Shown here piece by piece: positions 35,704 through 48,022 of a stretch of DNA of 64,000 nucleotides. The notes beneath the pieces are model-generated. The model searched no databases. It was given only the letters and a program-made list of their open reading frames with translations, and had not been told where the DNA came from. The translations under genes and the position numbers were made by a program. This DNA comes from Eledone cirrhosa (lineage: Eukaryota). The DNA is taken from NCBI GenBank assembly GCA_964016885.1, contig OZ024750.1, forward strand, positions 9,238,001-9,302,000. The letters run 5' to 3'. Each line of letters opens with the position of its first letter. Position 1 is the first letter of the stretch.

Positions 35704-37953
35704 ATCGAAATTTTGAGTTTGTTTGAAATAACATTACTTTAATACCAAAAAATATATTTGTTTTTTTTTCTATATGTATATGTAATTTTATGGAAGCGTG
35801 TGACTTAGTGGTTAGAGAGATGGATTCACAGTCATGAGGTTGTGAGTTCAATTCTCAGACCGGGTGATATTTTGTGTCCTTGAGCAAGACACTTTATTTC
35901 ACATTGCTCTTTCTGCCAGGTGTTGCAACTGGTAGATAGTATCAGCAATGGAAACATTGTTTCCTTGGTCTGGTTTGATGAGGTCCACCCCACTTGGCAA
36001 ATGAATGAGGTCTGGGATATTGTTGATCGATTTTCTTCCTCTTTCATATGTAATTTAAGTATTTTTGTTGTGGTTCAACGTTGAATAATTTGAATTGCTA
36101 AATAAATTATTGCAATTAATTTCTATTAGCATGAGGTGATAATAGTATTTGAGAATGTTAAAGCACTAAACTGAACTTGTGTACTAGTAACGCTAGAGTA
36201 TCAAATAATATTTATGAAATGGTCCAGTAATTAAACAATTTAGATTACAGGCTGGAAGCAATTTCATTTGGAGTGTTAAAAAACAAAAACACATACACAA
36301 ACGATATTTCTTTAATCTTTATTGCAAAATCTTATTACAGAATTTTCTATAAAGGAATAAATGTCAACAATAAACTAAATTATATTTCAATGATGTATAA
36401 ATTTGTCAAAATGGTTGCCCGTTACCCAAGGAGATGGAGGAGGGAAGGGTCCTAATTTATGACTCTATCAATCCACTTGCTGTTTGTCCATTTAGCTTGC
36501 TGTCTGTCCATTTAGTCCTGGAGCAGAGCAGGAGAGCCATTTTATATTTGAAAGCCACATCAAATTAAATGTAATTTAATAAGGCGACATTGGATATATG
36601 GGGAAATGTAATTAAATTTATTGTAAAAATGTAAATATAAAAATCTGTATGAAATAAATATTCAAATTAATCTTTTTTAAAATCCCAAAGATTTCTCTGT
36701 AAGAGGCCCAGTAAAATAGACAGAACTAAATAGTTTACATTTATTGCAGGGGTTTACCATTTATACAAGATTTATCAGCAATTATTCCTAATTTATTATG
36801 GTTCTCATTAGAATATCTGTTAGTTTCAATAGAGGGTTTATATTGTAACAGATGAGAGGGGGAGGGGGTAGAGTCCTGAAACACTCCTTCCAGTGGGTCC
36901 TGGGTCCTGTCAGAAGCAACTGTCTCCAACTGATCCAGCTGGATTCCCAAGCGAGACCAGCTAAGCTCATGGATGCTATAAATTTACTCGCATATCAATT
37001 TACCCATTATCCTCTTCAATAATTTGACTTCATATAAAAATATACTTGATCTATTTACTCACAATATATAGGATTTAAGCAAATTCTAAAGTTTTACTAA
37101 ATTTTTGAAACAAGTGATTTATAAAAATCTCTATGCAGGTCTTTATGCTATACACTTGCCATTATGAAGGATATTAGAAATAATTGTTTCTACTTTTGGT
37201 ACAAGGCCAGCAATTATCCCAGTGCATTACTGGTACTTTATTTTGTCAATTCCCTAAGGATGAAAGGCAAAATTAACCTCGGCAGGGAAGAAAACAAAAC
37301 TGAGCAAGGATTTTTATAAAAATATAAATTTTGTTTTGAAAAATAATTCTAACACTTATTTTTTCCCCTTAGTTTCGGTGAGAAACATATGAGAAAGAGA
37401 GAATGGTGGGGAGAAAAGAAAGTATCATTAATTAGTTACAGAGGGTCGGACGCCATGCTTCGCAGCAAAGAGTTACATCCCTTTATGGTCTGAGTTCAAA
37501 TCCCGCCGAGGTTAACTTTGCCTTTCATCTTTATGGGGGTCGATAAAATAAAGTACCAGTAATACACTAGGATAATTTCTGGCCTTGTGCCAAAAGTAGA
37601 AACAATTAATTAGAGTTACAAATGGTTGAAAAAAGAGAAAAGGATAAATGAAGAATTTGTTGATTGCAAATAGTTTCTTTGGTGGAAGAGTGGTTAATGC
37701 TGAAAGTCAGTTGACCAGAATAATAAAGAGACAAAATAATGGTTGAGGAATTAGTCCAGTTTTCTGCACCAACTGACATATGTGAAGATAAAATACTGCT
37801 GAGAATGTTGGAATCTAGAAATTATTGGAACAGCTTGAATTTCCCATTTCTAAAGTGCTAACAAATGTTTGGTAGCTTAGCATTCTCTGGCTTGCTGTGA
37901 ATAACTTTTACCAATAATAATCTATATTATAATAAGAGTGCTGTCTGTCTGTC

Positions 37954-40900
37954 TGTCCATTCCCCCATCCCTCTGTCCATTCGTCCATCCCTCTGTCCAT
38001 TCGTCCATTCCTCTGTCCATTCCTCCATCCCTCCGTCCATTCCTCCATCCCTCTGTCCATTCGTCCATTCCTCTGTCCATTCGTCCATTCCTCTGTCCAT
38101 TCGTCCATCCCTCCGTCCATTCGTCCATCCCTCCGTCCATTCGTCCATCCCTCCGTCCATTCGTCCATCCCTCTGTCCATTCCTCCATCCCTCTGTCCAT
38201 TCGTCCATCCCTCCGTCCATTCGTCCATCCCTCTGTCCATTCGTCCATCCCTCCGTCCATTCCTCCATCCCTCCGTCCATTCCTCTGTCCATTCCTCCAT
38301 CCCTCTGTCCATTCGTCCATCCATTCGTCCATCCCTCCGTCCATTCCTCCATCCCTCCGTCCATTCCTCTGTCCATTCGTCCATCCCTCCGTCCATTCCT
38401 CCATCCCTCCGTCCATTCCTCTGTCCATTCGTCCATCCCTCTGTCCATTCCTCCATCCCTCCGTCCCTTCGTCCGTTCCTCTGTCCATTCGTCCATCCCT
38501 CCGTCCATTCGTCCATCCCTCCGTCCATTCGTCCATCCCTCCGTCCATTCGTCCATCCCTCCGTCCATTCCTCCATCCCTCCGTCCATTCCTCCATCCCT
38601 CCGTCCATTCCTCCATCCCTCCGTCCCTTCGTCCGTTCCTCTGTCCATTCGTCCATTCCTCTGTCCATTCGTCCATCCCTCCGTCCATTCCTCCATCCCT
38701 CCGTCCCTTCGTCCATCCCTCCGTCCATTCCTCCATCCCTCCGTCCCTTCGTCCGTTCCTCTGTCCATTCGTCCATTCCTCTGTCCATTCGTCCATCCCT
38801 CCGTCCATTCGTCCATCCCTCCGTCCATTCGTCCATCCCTCCGTCCATTCCTCCATCCCTCCGTCCCTTCGTCCGTTCCTCTGTCCATTCGTCCATTCCT
38901 CTGTCCATTCGTCCATTCCTCTGTCCATTCCTCCATCCCTCCGTCCCTTCGTCCGTTCCTCTGTCCATTCGTCCATTCCTCCGTCCATTCGTCCATCCCT
39001 CCGTCCATTCGTCCATCCCTCCGTCCATTCCTCCATCCCTCCGTCCCTTCGTCCGTTCCTCTGTCCATTCGTCCATTCCTCTGTCCATTCGTCCATTCCT
39101 CTGTCCATTCCTCCATCCCTCCGTCCCTTCGTCCGTTCCTCTGTCCATTCGTCCATTCCTCTGTCCATTCCTCCATCCCTCCGTCCATTCCTCCATCCCT
39201 CCGTCCATTCGTCCATCCCTCCATCCATTCGTCCGTCCCTCCGTCCCTTCCTCCGTCCCTTCGTCCATTCCTCCGTCCATTCCTCCATCCCTCTGTCCAT
39301 TCCTCCATCCCTCCGTCCATTCCTCCATCCCTCCGTCCATTCCTCCATCCCTCCGTCCATTCGTCCATCCCTCCGTCCATTCCTCCATCCCTCCGTCCAT
39401 TCCTCCATCCCTCCGTCCATTCCTCCATCCCTCTGTCCATTCCTCCATCCCTTCGTCCATTCCTCCGTCCATTCCTCCATCCCTCCGTCCATTCCTCCAT
39501 CCCTCCGTCCATTCCTCCATCCCTCTGTCCATTCCTCCATCCCTCCGTCCATTCCTCCATCCCTCTGTCCATTCGTCCATTCCTCCGTCCATTCCTCCAT
39601 CCCTCTGTCCATTCCTCCATCCCTCCGTCCATTCCTCCATCCCTCTGTCCATTCGTCCATTCCTCCGTCCATTCCTCCATCCCTCTGTCCATTCGTCCAT
39701 CCCTCCGTCCATTCCTCCATCCCTCTGTCCATTCCTCCATCCCTCCGTCCATTCCTCCATCCCTCCGTCCATTCCTCCATCCCTCTGTCCATTCGTCCAT
39801 TCCTCCGTCCATTCCTCCATCCCTCTGTCCATTCCTCCATCCCTCCGTCCATTCCTCCATCCCTCTGTCCATTCGTCCATCCCTCCGCCCCTTCGTCCAT
39901 TCCTCTGTCCATTCCTCCATCCCTCTGTCCATTCGTCCATTCCTCCGTCCATTCCTCCATCCCTCTGTCCATTCCTCCATCCCTCCGTCCATTCCTCCAT
40001 CCCTCTGTCCATTCGTCCATCCCTCCGTCCCTTCGTCCATCCCTCCGTCCATTCCTCCATCCCTCTGTCCATTCGTCCATTCCTCCGTCCATTCCTCCAT
40101 CCCTCTGTCCATTCCTCCATCCCTCCGTCCATTCGTCCATCCCTCTGTCCATTCGTCCATCCCTCCGTCCATTCCTCCATCCCTCTGTCCATTCCTCCAT
40201 CCCTCCGTCCATTCGTCCATCCCTCCGTCCATTCGTCCATCCCTCTGTCCATTCCTCCATCCCTCTGTCCATTCCTCCATCCCTCCGTCCATTCGTCCAT
40301 CCCTCCGTCCATTCGTCCATCCCTCCGTCCATTCGTCCATCCCTCCGTCCATTCCTCCATCCCTCCGTCCATTCGTCCATCCCTCCGTCCATTCCTCCAT
40401 CCCTCCGTCCATTCGTCCATCCCTCCGTCCATTCGTCCATCCCTCCGTCCATTCCTCCATCCCTCCGTCCATTCGTCCATCCCTCCGTCCATTCGTCCAT
40501 CCCTCCGTCCATTCGTCCATCCCTCCGTCCATTCGTCCATCCCTCCGTCCATTCGTCCATCCCTCCGTCCATTCGTCCATCCCTCCGTCCATTCCTCCAT
40601 CCCTCCGTCCATTCGTCCATCCCTCCGTCCATTCCTCCATCCCTCCGTCCATTCGTCCATCCCTCCGTCCATTCGTCCATCCCTCCGTCCATTCGTCCAT
40701 CCCTCCGTCCATTCGTCCATCCCTCCGTCCATTCCTCCATCCCTCCGTCCATTCGTCCATCCCTCCGTCCATTCGTCCATCCCTCCGTCCATTCGTCCAT
40801 CCCTCCGTCCATTCGTCCATCCCTCCGTCCATTCGTCCATCCCTCCGTCCATTCGTCCATCCCTCCGTCCATTCCTCCATCCCTCCGTCCATTCGTCCAT

Positions 40901-41415
40901 CCCTCCGTCCATTCGTCCATCCCTCCGTCCATTCGTCCATCCCTCCGTCCATTCCTCCATCCCTCCGTCCATTCCTCCATCCCTCCGTCCATTCGTCCAT
41001 CCCTCCGTCCATTCCTCCATCCCTCCGTCCATTCCTCCATCCCTCCGTCCATTCGTCCATCCCTCCGTCCATTCCTCCATCCCTCCGTCCATTCGTCCAT
41101 CCCTCCGTCCATTCGTCCATCCCTCCGTCCATTCGTCCATCCCTCCGTCCATTCGTCCATCCCTCCGTCCATTCGTCCATCCCTCCGTCCATTCGTCCAT
41201 CCCTCCGTCCATTCCTCCATCCCTCCGTCCATTCCTCCATCCCTCTGTCCATTCCTCCATCCCTCCGTCCATTCGTCCATCCCTCCGTCCATTCGTCCAT
41301 CCCTCTGTCCATTCCTCCATCCCTCTGTCCATTCCTCCATTCCTCCGTCCATTCGTCCATCCCTCTGTCCATTCCTCCATCCCTCCGTCCATTCCTCCGT
41401 CCATTTGTCCATCCC
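37954..41415. repeat. About 3.5-kb pyrimidine-rich 20-bp satellite
   Basis: Unit CCATCCCTC(C/T)GTCCATTC(G/C)T with variants; explains the four ORFs over 1100 aa. Confidence 0.97.
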
Positions 41416-41889
41416 TCTCTCTCCATCACACTCTCTTTATATAGAGAGGAGGAATACCAAGTGAGAGATATGTTAATAAAGAGATAAAATAAAGGGAATG
41501 GCATATGTTTTCAAGGTGACAGAAAGAGGTAGATAGAAAGTTATGATGTTGCCCTCATCTATATATATATAGAGAGAGGGGGGGGGGGGTGCCCAGCAAA
41601 AGAGAAAAGGAACGTCATTTGTTTAGAGAGTGTGTGTGTGTGTGTGTGTGTGTGTGATAGAAAGAGTCAGCAGACATCACCCTCATCTGTAGTAATAATT
41701 GTTTCTACTTATGGCACAAGGCCAGCAATTACCCAGTGCATTACTGGTACTTTATTTTATCGACCCCCCCCCCCCCCCCCCCCGTAAGGATGAAAGGCAA
41801 AGTTGACCTCAGTGGGATTAATAATGATTGATTTTTAAATAATACACAACATACATGAAATAGCACTGCAAGGCACTGTATATAAAGAC

Positions 41890-42116
41890 ACCATCATCAC
41901 CATCAGCACCATCATTACCATCACCATCATTACCACCATTACCACCATCATCACCATCATCACCACCATTACCATCACCACCATTACCATCATCATCGCC
42001 ATCATCGCCATCGTCATCGCCATAGTCATCGCCATCATCACCACCATCATCATCATCACCACCACCATTATCACCACCATTATCACCACCATCATCACTA
42101 TCATCATCATCATCAT
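41890..42116. repeat. (CAT/CAC)n trinucleotide repeat (similar tract at 51962-52253)
   Basis: Direct inspection. Confidence 0.9.
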
Positions 42117-42152
42117 TTAATGTCCCACTTTCCCTGCTAACAAGGGTTGGAT

Positions 42153-42189
<37 letters not shown>

Positions 42190-42321
42190 GGAGGTGAGTT
42201 TTATTGTAGTACAATAAAGCAATGCAGATATCGGATAAGAAGCACTCTACAGTTTGTGGGACTGGAGTATGCATAATATAAGATCAAAAGATGATTTTTT
42301 AGCCTTCATATCATGTTCTCC

Positions 42322-42392
42322 TGTTTTATCTGATGAAAACACAAATATTATTATTTGATGATGTTTGTTTTTGAAATGCGCATAATAAAATA
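42322..42392 (+). ncRNA. Type I hammerhead ribozyme motif within fold-back element 42187-42430
   Basis: UGUUUUAU-CUGAUGA-AAAcACAAAUAUUAUUA(uu)UGAUGAUGUUUGUuUUU-GAAA-UGCGCA-UA/AUAAAAUA; palindromic stem III AUGCGCAU. Confidence 0.8.
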
Positions 42393-45300
42393 TATTGAAC
42401 TCCTTTAACCATCTTTTGATCTTATATTATATATATATATATATATATATAAATATAAAAAAAAAATACGAAACAAAACGGCTGATGATATATTTTTTCT
42501 AACCTTAGTAGTAGACCAACCCTTTGAGGGATTGGGGAGGGGGGAAATTGATTATATTGACCCAGTACTTATATTTACCCCAGAAGGATGAATGGTAAAG
42601 TTGACCCTGGCATGATCTGAGAATATCTGTTGCCAACAATGGCCCCGTCACCGACGGGTTGAAGTGATGTTGTATCCCAGAAGACGGCTAGCTGAGAGTT
42701 TTCTGCTTTCTTTCACCTTGACATACCTCAAAGAAGTGTTCCACAACAAAGGGAGATAAGGGGTGAACCTGTACGAGTCGTATTCCTCTACTTATATTAT
42801 AAAGAACCACAAGGCCAATCATTTTGTGGGGAGGGGAAAGTCGATCAGATCGACCCCAGTGCATTACTGTTACTTTATTTTATTGACCGTGTAAGGATGA
42901 AAGGCAAAGTTTAACCTTGACGGGATTTGAACTCAGAACGTAAAGGGATGTAACTCTATGCCACTAAGCATGTTTTCCGACACTCTGCCAATCCACTGCC
43001 CTAATAATAATGATAATAATAATAATAATAACTCTGTGAGAAATACAAACAATATGAGCATGCTTTAACAGGACTTTATATGACAAAGATTAAATTTAAC
43101 ATCACTAAAATGGAAATAAGACTTCACAAAGAAACAAAAAAAATATAATCTTTTAACAAAAATCAACATTCTTCTTAATATTCTTAAAGAAGACATAGTC
43201 TCCTTTGACAAGATATCTTAATGAGTCATTCATTCAATATATATAAGAAAAATGAAATTGTCTTGAGGGATTTAAAAAGGAACAGGAAGAACAGTAAGTA
43301 CAAAGAGTTGACTGTGTATACAGTACATCTTAATATTTAAACATTTACATATAGATTTTAATGTTTATACTATTGTATGTATAATTTAACATTATTACAG
43401 AACATACATAAAAACCTGTGACACAAGACAAAAATGGAAGAAACTAATAATATGAGAAAAACAAACTAGATAAATATTGTTACATTTCGAGAGGGTCATG
43501 TTATCCTAATATTGACAAAAATAGTAAAACACAATCAGTTTGGTTTGGTTTTCACTTCAGTATATTTTGAGATATTCTTATAAATTATTTAGCTGGCAAT
43601 CAATATTTATCATTGATTGACTAACAGTTAAATATAAATATAATTTCTCAAATTCTTTCATCACTCATTTGTCTGTGACATCTTCAGTGATTATCCAAAC
43701 CAGACAAAATAAGTCCCAAACACACTGCAATAGAAAAGCTGAAAAAGAAAATAACCAAGCCATCATGTTCATGATCATCGTCATCTTTATACTTGCATTC
43801 CATGCTGACATGGGTTGGATGGGTTGCAGCAGTATGAAACCAGATGTATTGGACCAACATCACCTCACTCATCATCATCATAGACTTTAAGAATTCATGG
43901 ATGCCTTCAGCAATTTCTCCAAGTAATTCTGTCCTCCAGCATCTTCACTCTTTATTCAACCAATTTCACTCAGAAGGATTGTTGTTGTTACAGCTCACAC
44001 CTATGCAGGTTTAGCTGGCCTCTTCCAAGGTATACCTCGTTGGAGGTGTCTTGGGTGATTTTAATGATAGGGACCCCAGTCCCTATCATCTCATTTCTAC
44101 AGCTGAGTAAACTGGAGCAACATGAAATAGTGTCTTGTTCAAGGAAACAACACATCACTCGGTCCAAGAATTGAACTCGCAATCTTTTGATTGCAAGCCC
44201 AATGCTCTAACCACTAAGCCATGCGCCTTCATTCAGAAGGACACTTGTCTGATAAACCAAGCAGTGGAATTGAACCTGAAACTTGCTGATTGTGGAGGTA
44301 ACTTCTTAACCATTTATCTATACCTGGTAAATTATATATCACATATAGAAGGAGACTGCTTCTCAATGTAGCTAGTACAGTATTCTTGGCATGTATCGAA
44401 CTAGAGTATACCTGATAAATTATACATTACATAAAAAAAGAGGGAAAGGAGAAGGTTGCTTCTTTATGTAACAAGTTCAGTATTCTTGGCATGTATTGAA
44501 CAAGAATATTATTTTAGGGGTTAGCAATGGCTGAGCAGTGGAATGAATTCTTTATCGAGGAAACGCTTGCTTGAGTGATTTTACATAAAACTATGCAACG
44601 TGGTGGCTTTGTGCCAATTTAAAAAATGAACAATGATGTAAATAATGAGAGATGAAAAAAAAATGTCTGTTGGCATTGGTTAACTACAACAACATCAATA
44701 GTAACAACAAGAGCAGCAATAACAGTAGTAGTAGTAGGAACATCCATGGCAGACTGTGTTATTAAGTTGTTTGTTCATCATTAAAAGCTAATGACAATCC
44801 AGTTTAATAGCTGTTTCATAAATATTATTAAAACAATTTCTTTGTTATCCATGGTTAAACTAAAAACCTATTGAGCATGTTATTAAGTGATCTTAAAGAT
44901 ATAATTTAATTGTTAATGAGAATAATATTTATGGTGTATTGGTGAATCGATGGTAGCATTGTTTACTACAAAGACCCTTTAATTTTGAAGCTTTTACATC
45001 ATAAAAACCTTTAAATTATTGTAAAAGTTACTCCTCCTTGCCTCATTAATTACTATGTTTATGAAAAATAAAGAAAAAGTTGGGGAAAGGCTTTTATTAA
45101 TAATTAAGTGTCAGCTTATATATGAGGAATTATAAAGTAGAACTCAATATAAAAATAATATCATGAAACAGTCGTAAAAGTTATACTTTAGAACAATTCA
45201 GAATAGTTTCCATTCAAGTTTAAAATGAGGTTTTGGTCCTCTATGTCTCTTTCTGACTATTAAAAGGTGAATTTCCATAAATATTGAAGAAGGGTTAGAA

Positions 45301-45809
45301 TAATATGAAAGTATTATATTATATCATATGTGAATTTGAGAAGTTTGCTTTGTTTTGCTTTGCAGCCATATATGGTTTAAGGTTCTAACCTGCTGAACTA
45401 CATATACTTATATATATATATATATATACATGTATAAATACTTGCATATATATATATATATATTAGCACAGATTTAAGTTAATTAAATAATAAAATCTGG
45501 GCATACATCTTATCAACTACCATTTATTTAGTATGTAAAATCAACTAGGTATATATATATAATCATCATCATCGTCATTTTATATATTTGGGGATGGTCA
45601 TGTTGCCAGTATTGCCAATTAAAAACACACATGCACACCATATGATTTTCACTTTAATCTTTATTGTTCGTTATTCATTCGTCAAAATTCTTTTGTCACA
45701 TATTCTGTGACCTCCACAATGACTATTTTTTGTCTTTTGTATTTTCTCCTTTTTCTTGTTTTAAACTTCTTCTCCATTGTGCCTTTTGCTTTCAAATCGA
45801 ATACATAAA

Positions 45810-45853
<44 letters not shown>

Positions 45854-46565
45854 CAGACAGACAGAGTTTACCTAACAGAAAAGGTAGATTTTTTATGTAA
45901 GAGAGCAGTTCTCTCTCAAAACAGAGGTGACAAAGAAATGCAGTAGGTGGGGGTAGCTGTACTGTAAAAGACTCTTCCACTCCATGGAAAATCAGATGTA
46001 AAAAAATGAGAATGATGATAATATATATATATGGAAGTGTATATATATATATATGGGCATATATGGGTGTAAGAATATATCCATATCTGTGTGTAAAAGT
46101 GTGCATACTCATATCTGTGTGTATGTATATGCAGATTTGCAAACTTGCAAATGTATATGTGTGTGCACATGTGTATGTGTGCATGCTTCTGTTTTTGTAT
46201 ATATATATATATATATATATCATCATCATCATCATCGTTAAACGACGATGATGATGATGATTTTATATATATATATTTGTGTGTGTATATATGTCTGTGT
46301 GTTTCACACAAGAAGAAGAATGTGGTGATGATGATGGTGGTGGTGTTGGTGTCAGGAGAAAAGAAGATAAGATCAATGAAATCAATTAATAAATATTGAT
46401 TGGCTAAGAATATTTTGCTGTGTAGGCCAGTTTTAGAGAAAAAGGTCATCCCCTACTTAAACTCACTCACATAAACATAAATATAGATTTATACACCAAA
46501 CACCCACATACACACAACAATATAATATAATTTTATGAATGTGTGTGTGTATATATATATATATA

Positions 46566-46956
46566 TTGGAAAATGTGTGAAATCCTTGGTACAGTTAGGT
46601 GCATTTGAAAAAAGGAAAAGAATAACTTTACTTGTAGTTCTAAACAATTTAATTTTATAATATTATAATTTTACATTTTGGTTTTGTAGGTCTAGTAAGT
46701 TCTTTGTTAACTTTGGTAGGGAGATTTTTTTAAATTTCCTGGTTAACTTTCCTGTAGAACTTTCTCACATTTGACAATTACCACCGACAAATGCGAGAAA
46801 GTTCTCCAGGAAAGTCAACCAGGAATCTTTTAAAAAATCTCCCCACCGAAGTTAACAAAGAACTTACTAGACCTACAAAACCAAATTGTAAAATTATGAT
46901 ATTATAAAATTAAATGGTTTAAAACTACAAATGAAGTCATTCTTTTCCTTATTTTT

Positions 46957-46961
<5 letters not shown>
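46566..46961. repeat. Fold-back element family C (about 360-bp imperfect inverted repeat plus short tail) in (TA)n
   Basis: 46603-46774 pairs with about 46785-46961; no hammerhead core recognised. Confidence 0.7.
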
Positions 46962-46995
<34 letters not shown>

Positions 46996-47667
46996 TCACC
47001 ATCATCATTTGTGTTATCATATGGCATGCTGGAACTAAACCAAAACTGAAGTCTGTGAATTTCTTTAAATTGTCCAGTATATGCAGCCCGACTAGATCAC
47101 TGGAAGGAGTGTTTGAAGATTCTGCTCCCCAGTTAATTCACAGTACTCTGTTATAGTTAGACATTTCTAAAGCTACCCATCGCCATAGTGTGTTAGGAAT
47201 TTCTGGACATGCCATAAACGTTTTATAAACATTTCCTGTACAACTTTTCCTAAGTTCAAAATTAGAACTTTATGAAGCCAAAATATTGATTTGACTTATT
47301 TTTATCTCCATTCTGGTTTTTTAAGTGATTTTTAATGAGTTCTTCATCTTAATTATCATCAATGATTTTATGTTCACTTTTCCATGCTAGCAAGGGTTTG
47401 ATAAGACATTGTACACACACATAGACACTCTCTCTCTCTGCCTCTCACACGCACATACTTGCATACATACATATATCTACCCATCTATAGATACATATGT
47501 ACATACACACACACGCAAATATATATATGTATGTGTGTAGCGTGGAAAATGGACTTTAAACGATGATGATGATATGTGTGTGTGTGATGGGTTCAATCGG
47601 GAAGTAACCACAGTAAGTAAAGTACTCTACATTAGTAGAGTGTAAAAATCAAATTTTACATAGAAAT

Positions 47668-47719
47668 GGCTTCTACAGGATTAGAACTGTTTCATTCAAA
47701 AGAAATCATCAGGCAAGTC
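47668..47719 (-). ncRNA. Degenerate hammerhead motif
   Basis: GACUUGC-CUGAUGA-uUUC(uuuu)GAAu-GAAA-CAG(uucuaauc)CUG-UA/GAAGCC; core intact, stems I and II eroded; followed by the ACUC/GAGU tail hairpin. Confidence 0.55.
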
Positions 47720-47814
47720 AAGTTTGGCAAGAATGATTGTATGTATAGATGGATAGATGTATGTATGTACATATGTATATATATATATATATACATATGT
47801 ACACACACATATAT

Positions 47815-48021
47815 ATGCCAGTTGAAGGAAGACGTAGTAGAGGTAGACCACGAAAAACATGGGCGGAGGTGGTGAGAACAGACCTCAGATCATTGAAGCT
47901 CACGGTGGAGATGACGAGGGACTGTGACGAGTGGAGAGATGCTGTGCTGAATAAGACCCGTCCCACCCTTACAAGCAGGGAAAAGCGGACGTAAAATGAT
48001 GATGATGATGATGATGATGAT
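47815..48021 (+). mobile_element. RTE-clade LINE 3' end with (GAT)n tail (related copies at about 30790-30998 and 32000-32230)
   Basis: PVEGRRSRGRPRKTWAEVVRTDL...DCDEWRDAV. Confidence 0.78.
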
Positions 48022-48022
48022 A

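Noticed and set aside
37908-41504. Four ORFs of 1160-1198 aa
   Set aside because: They are open in several frames and on both strands only because the 20-bp satellite lacks stop codons; there is no domain or splice context.
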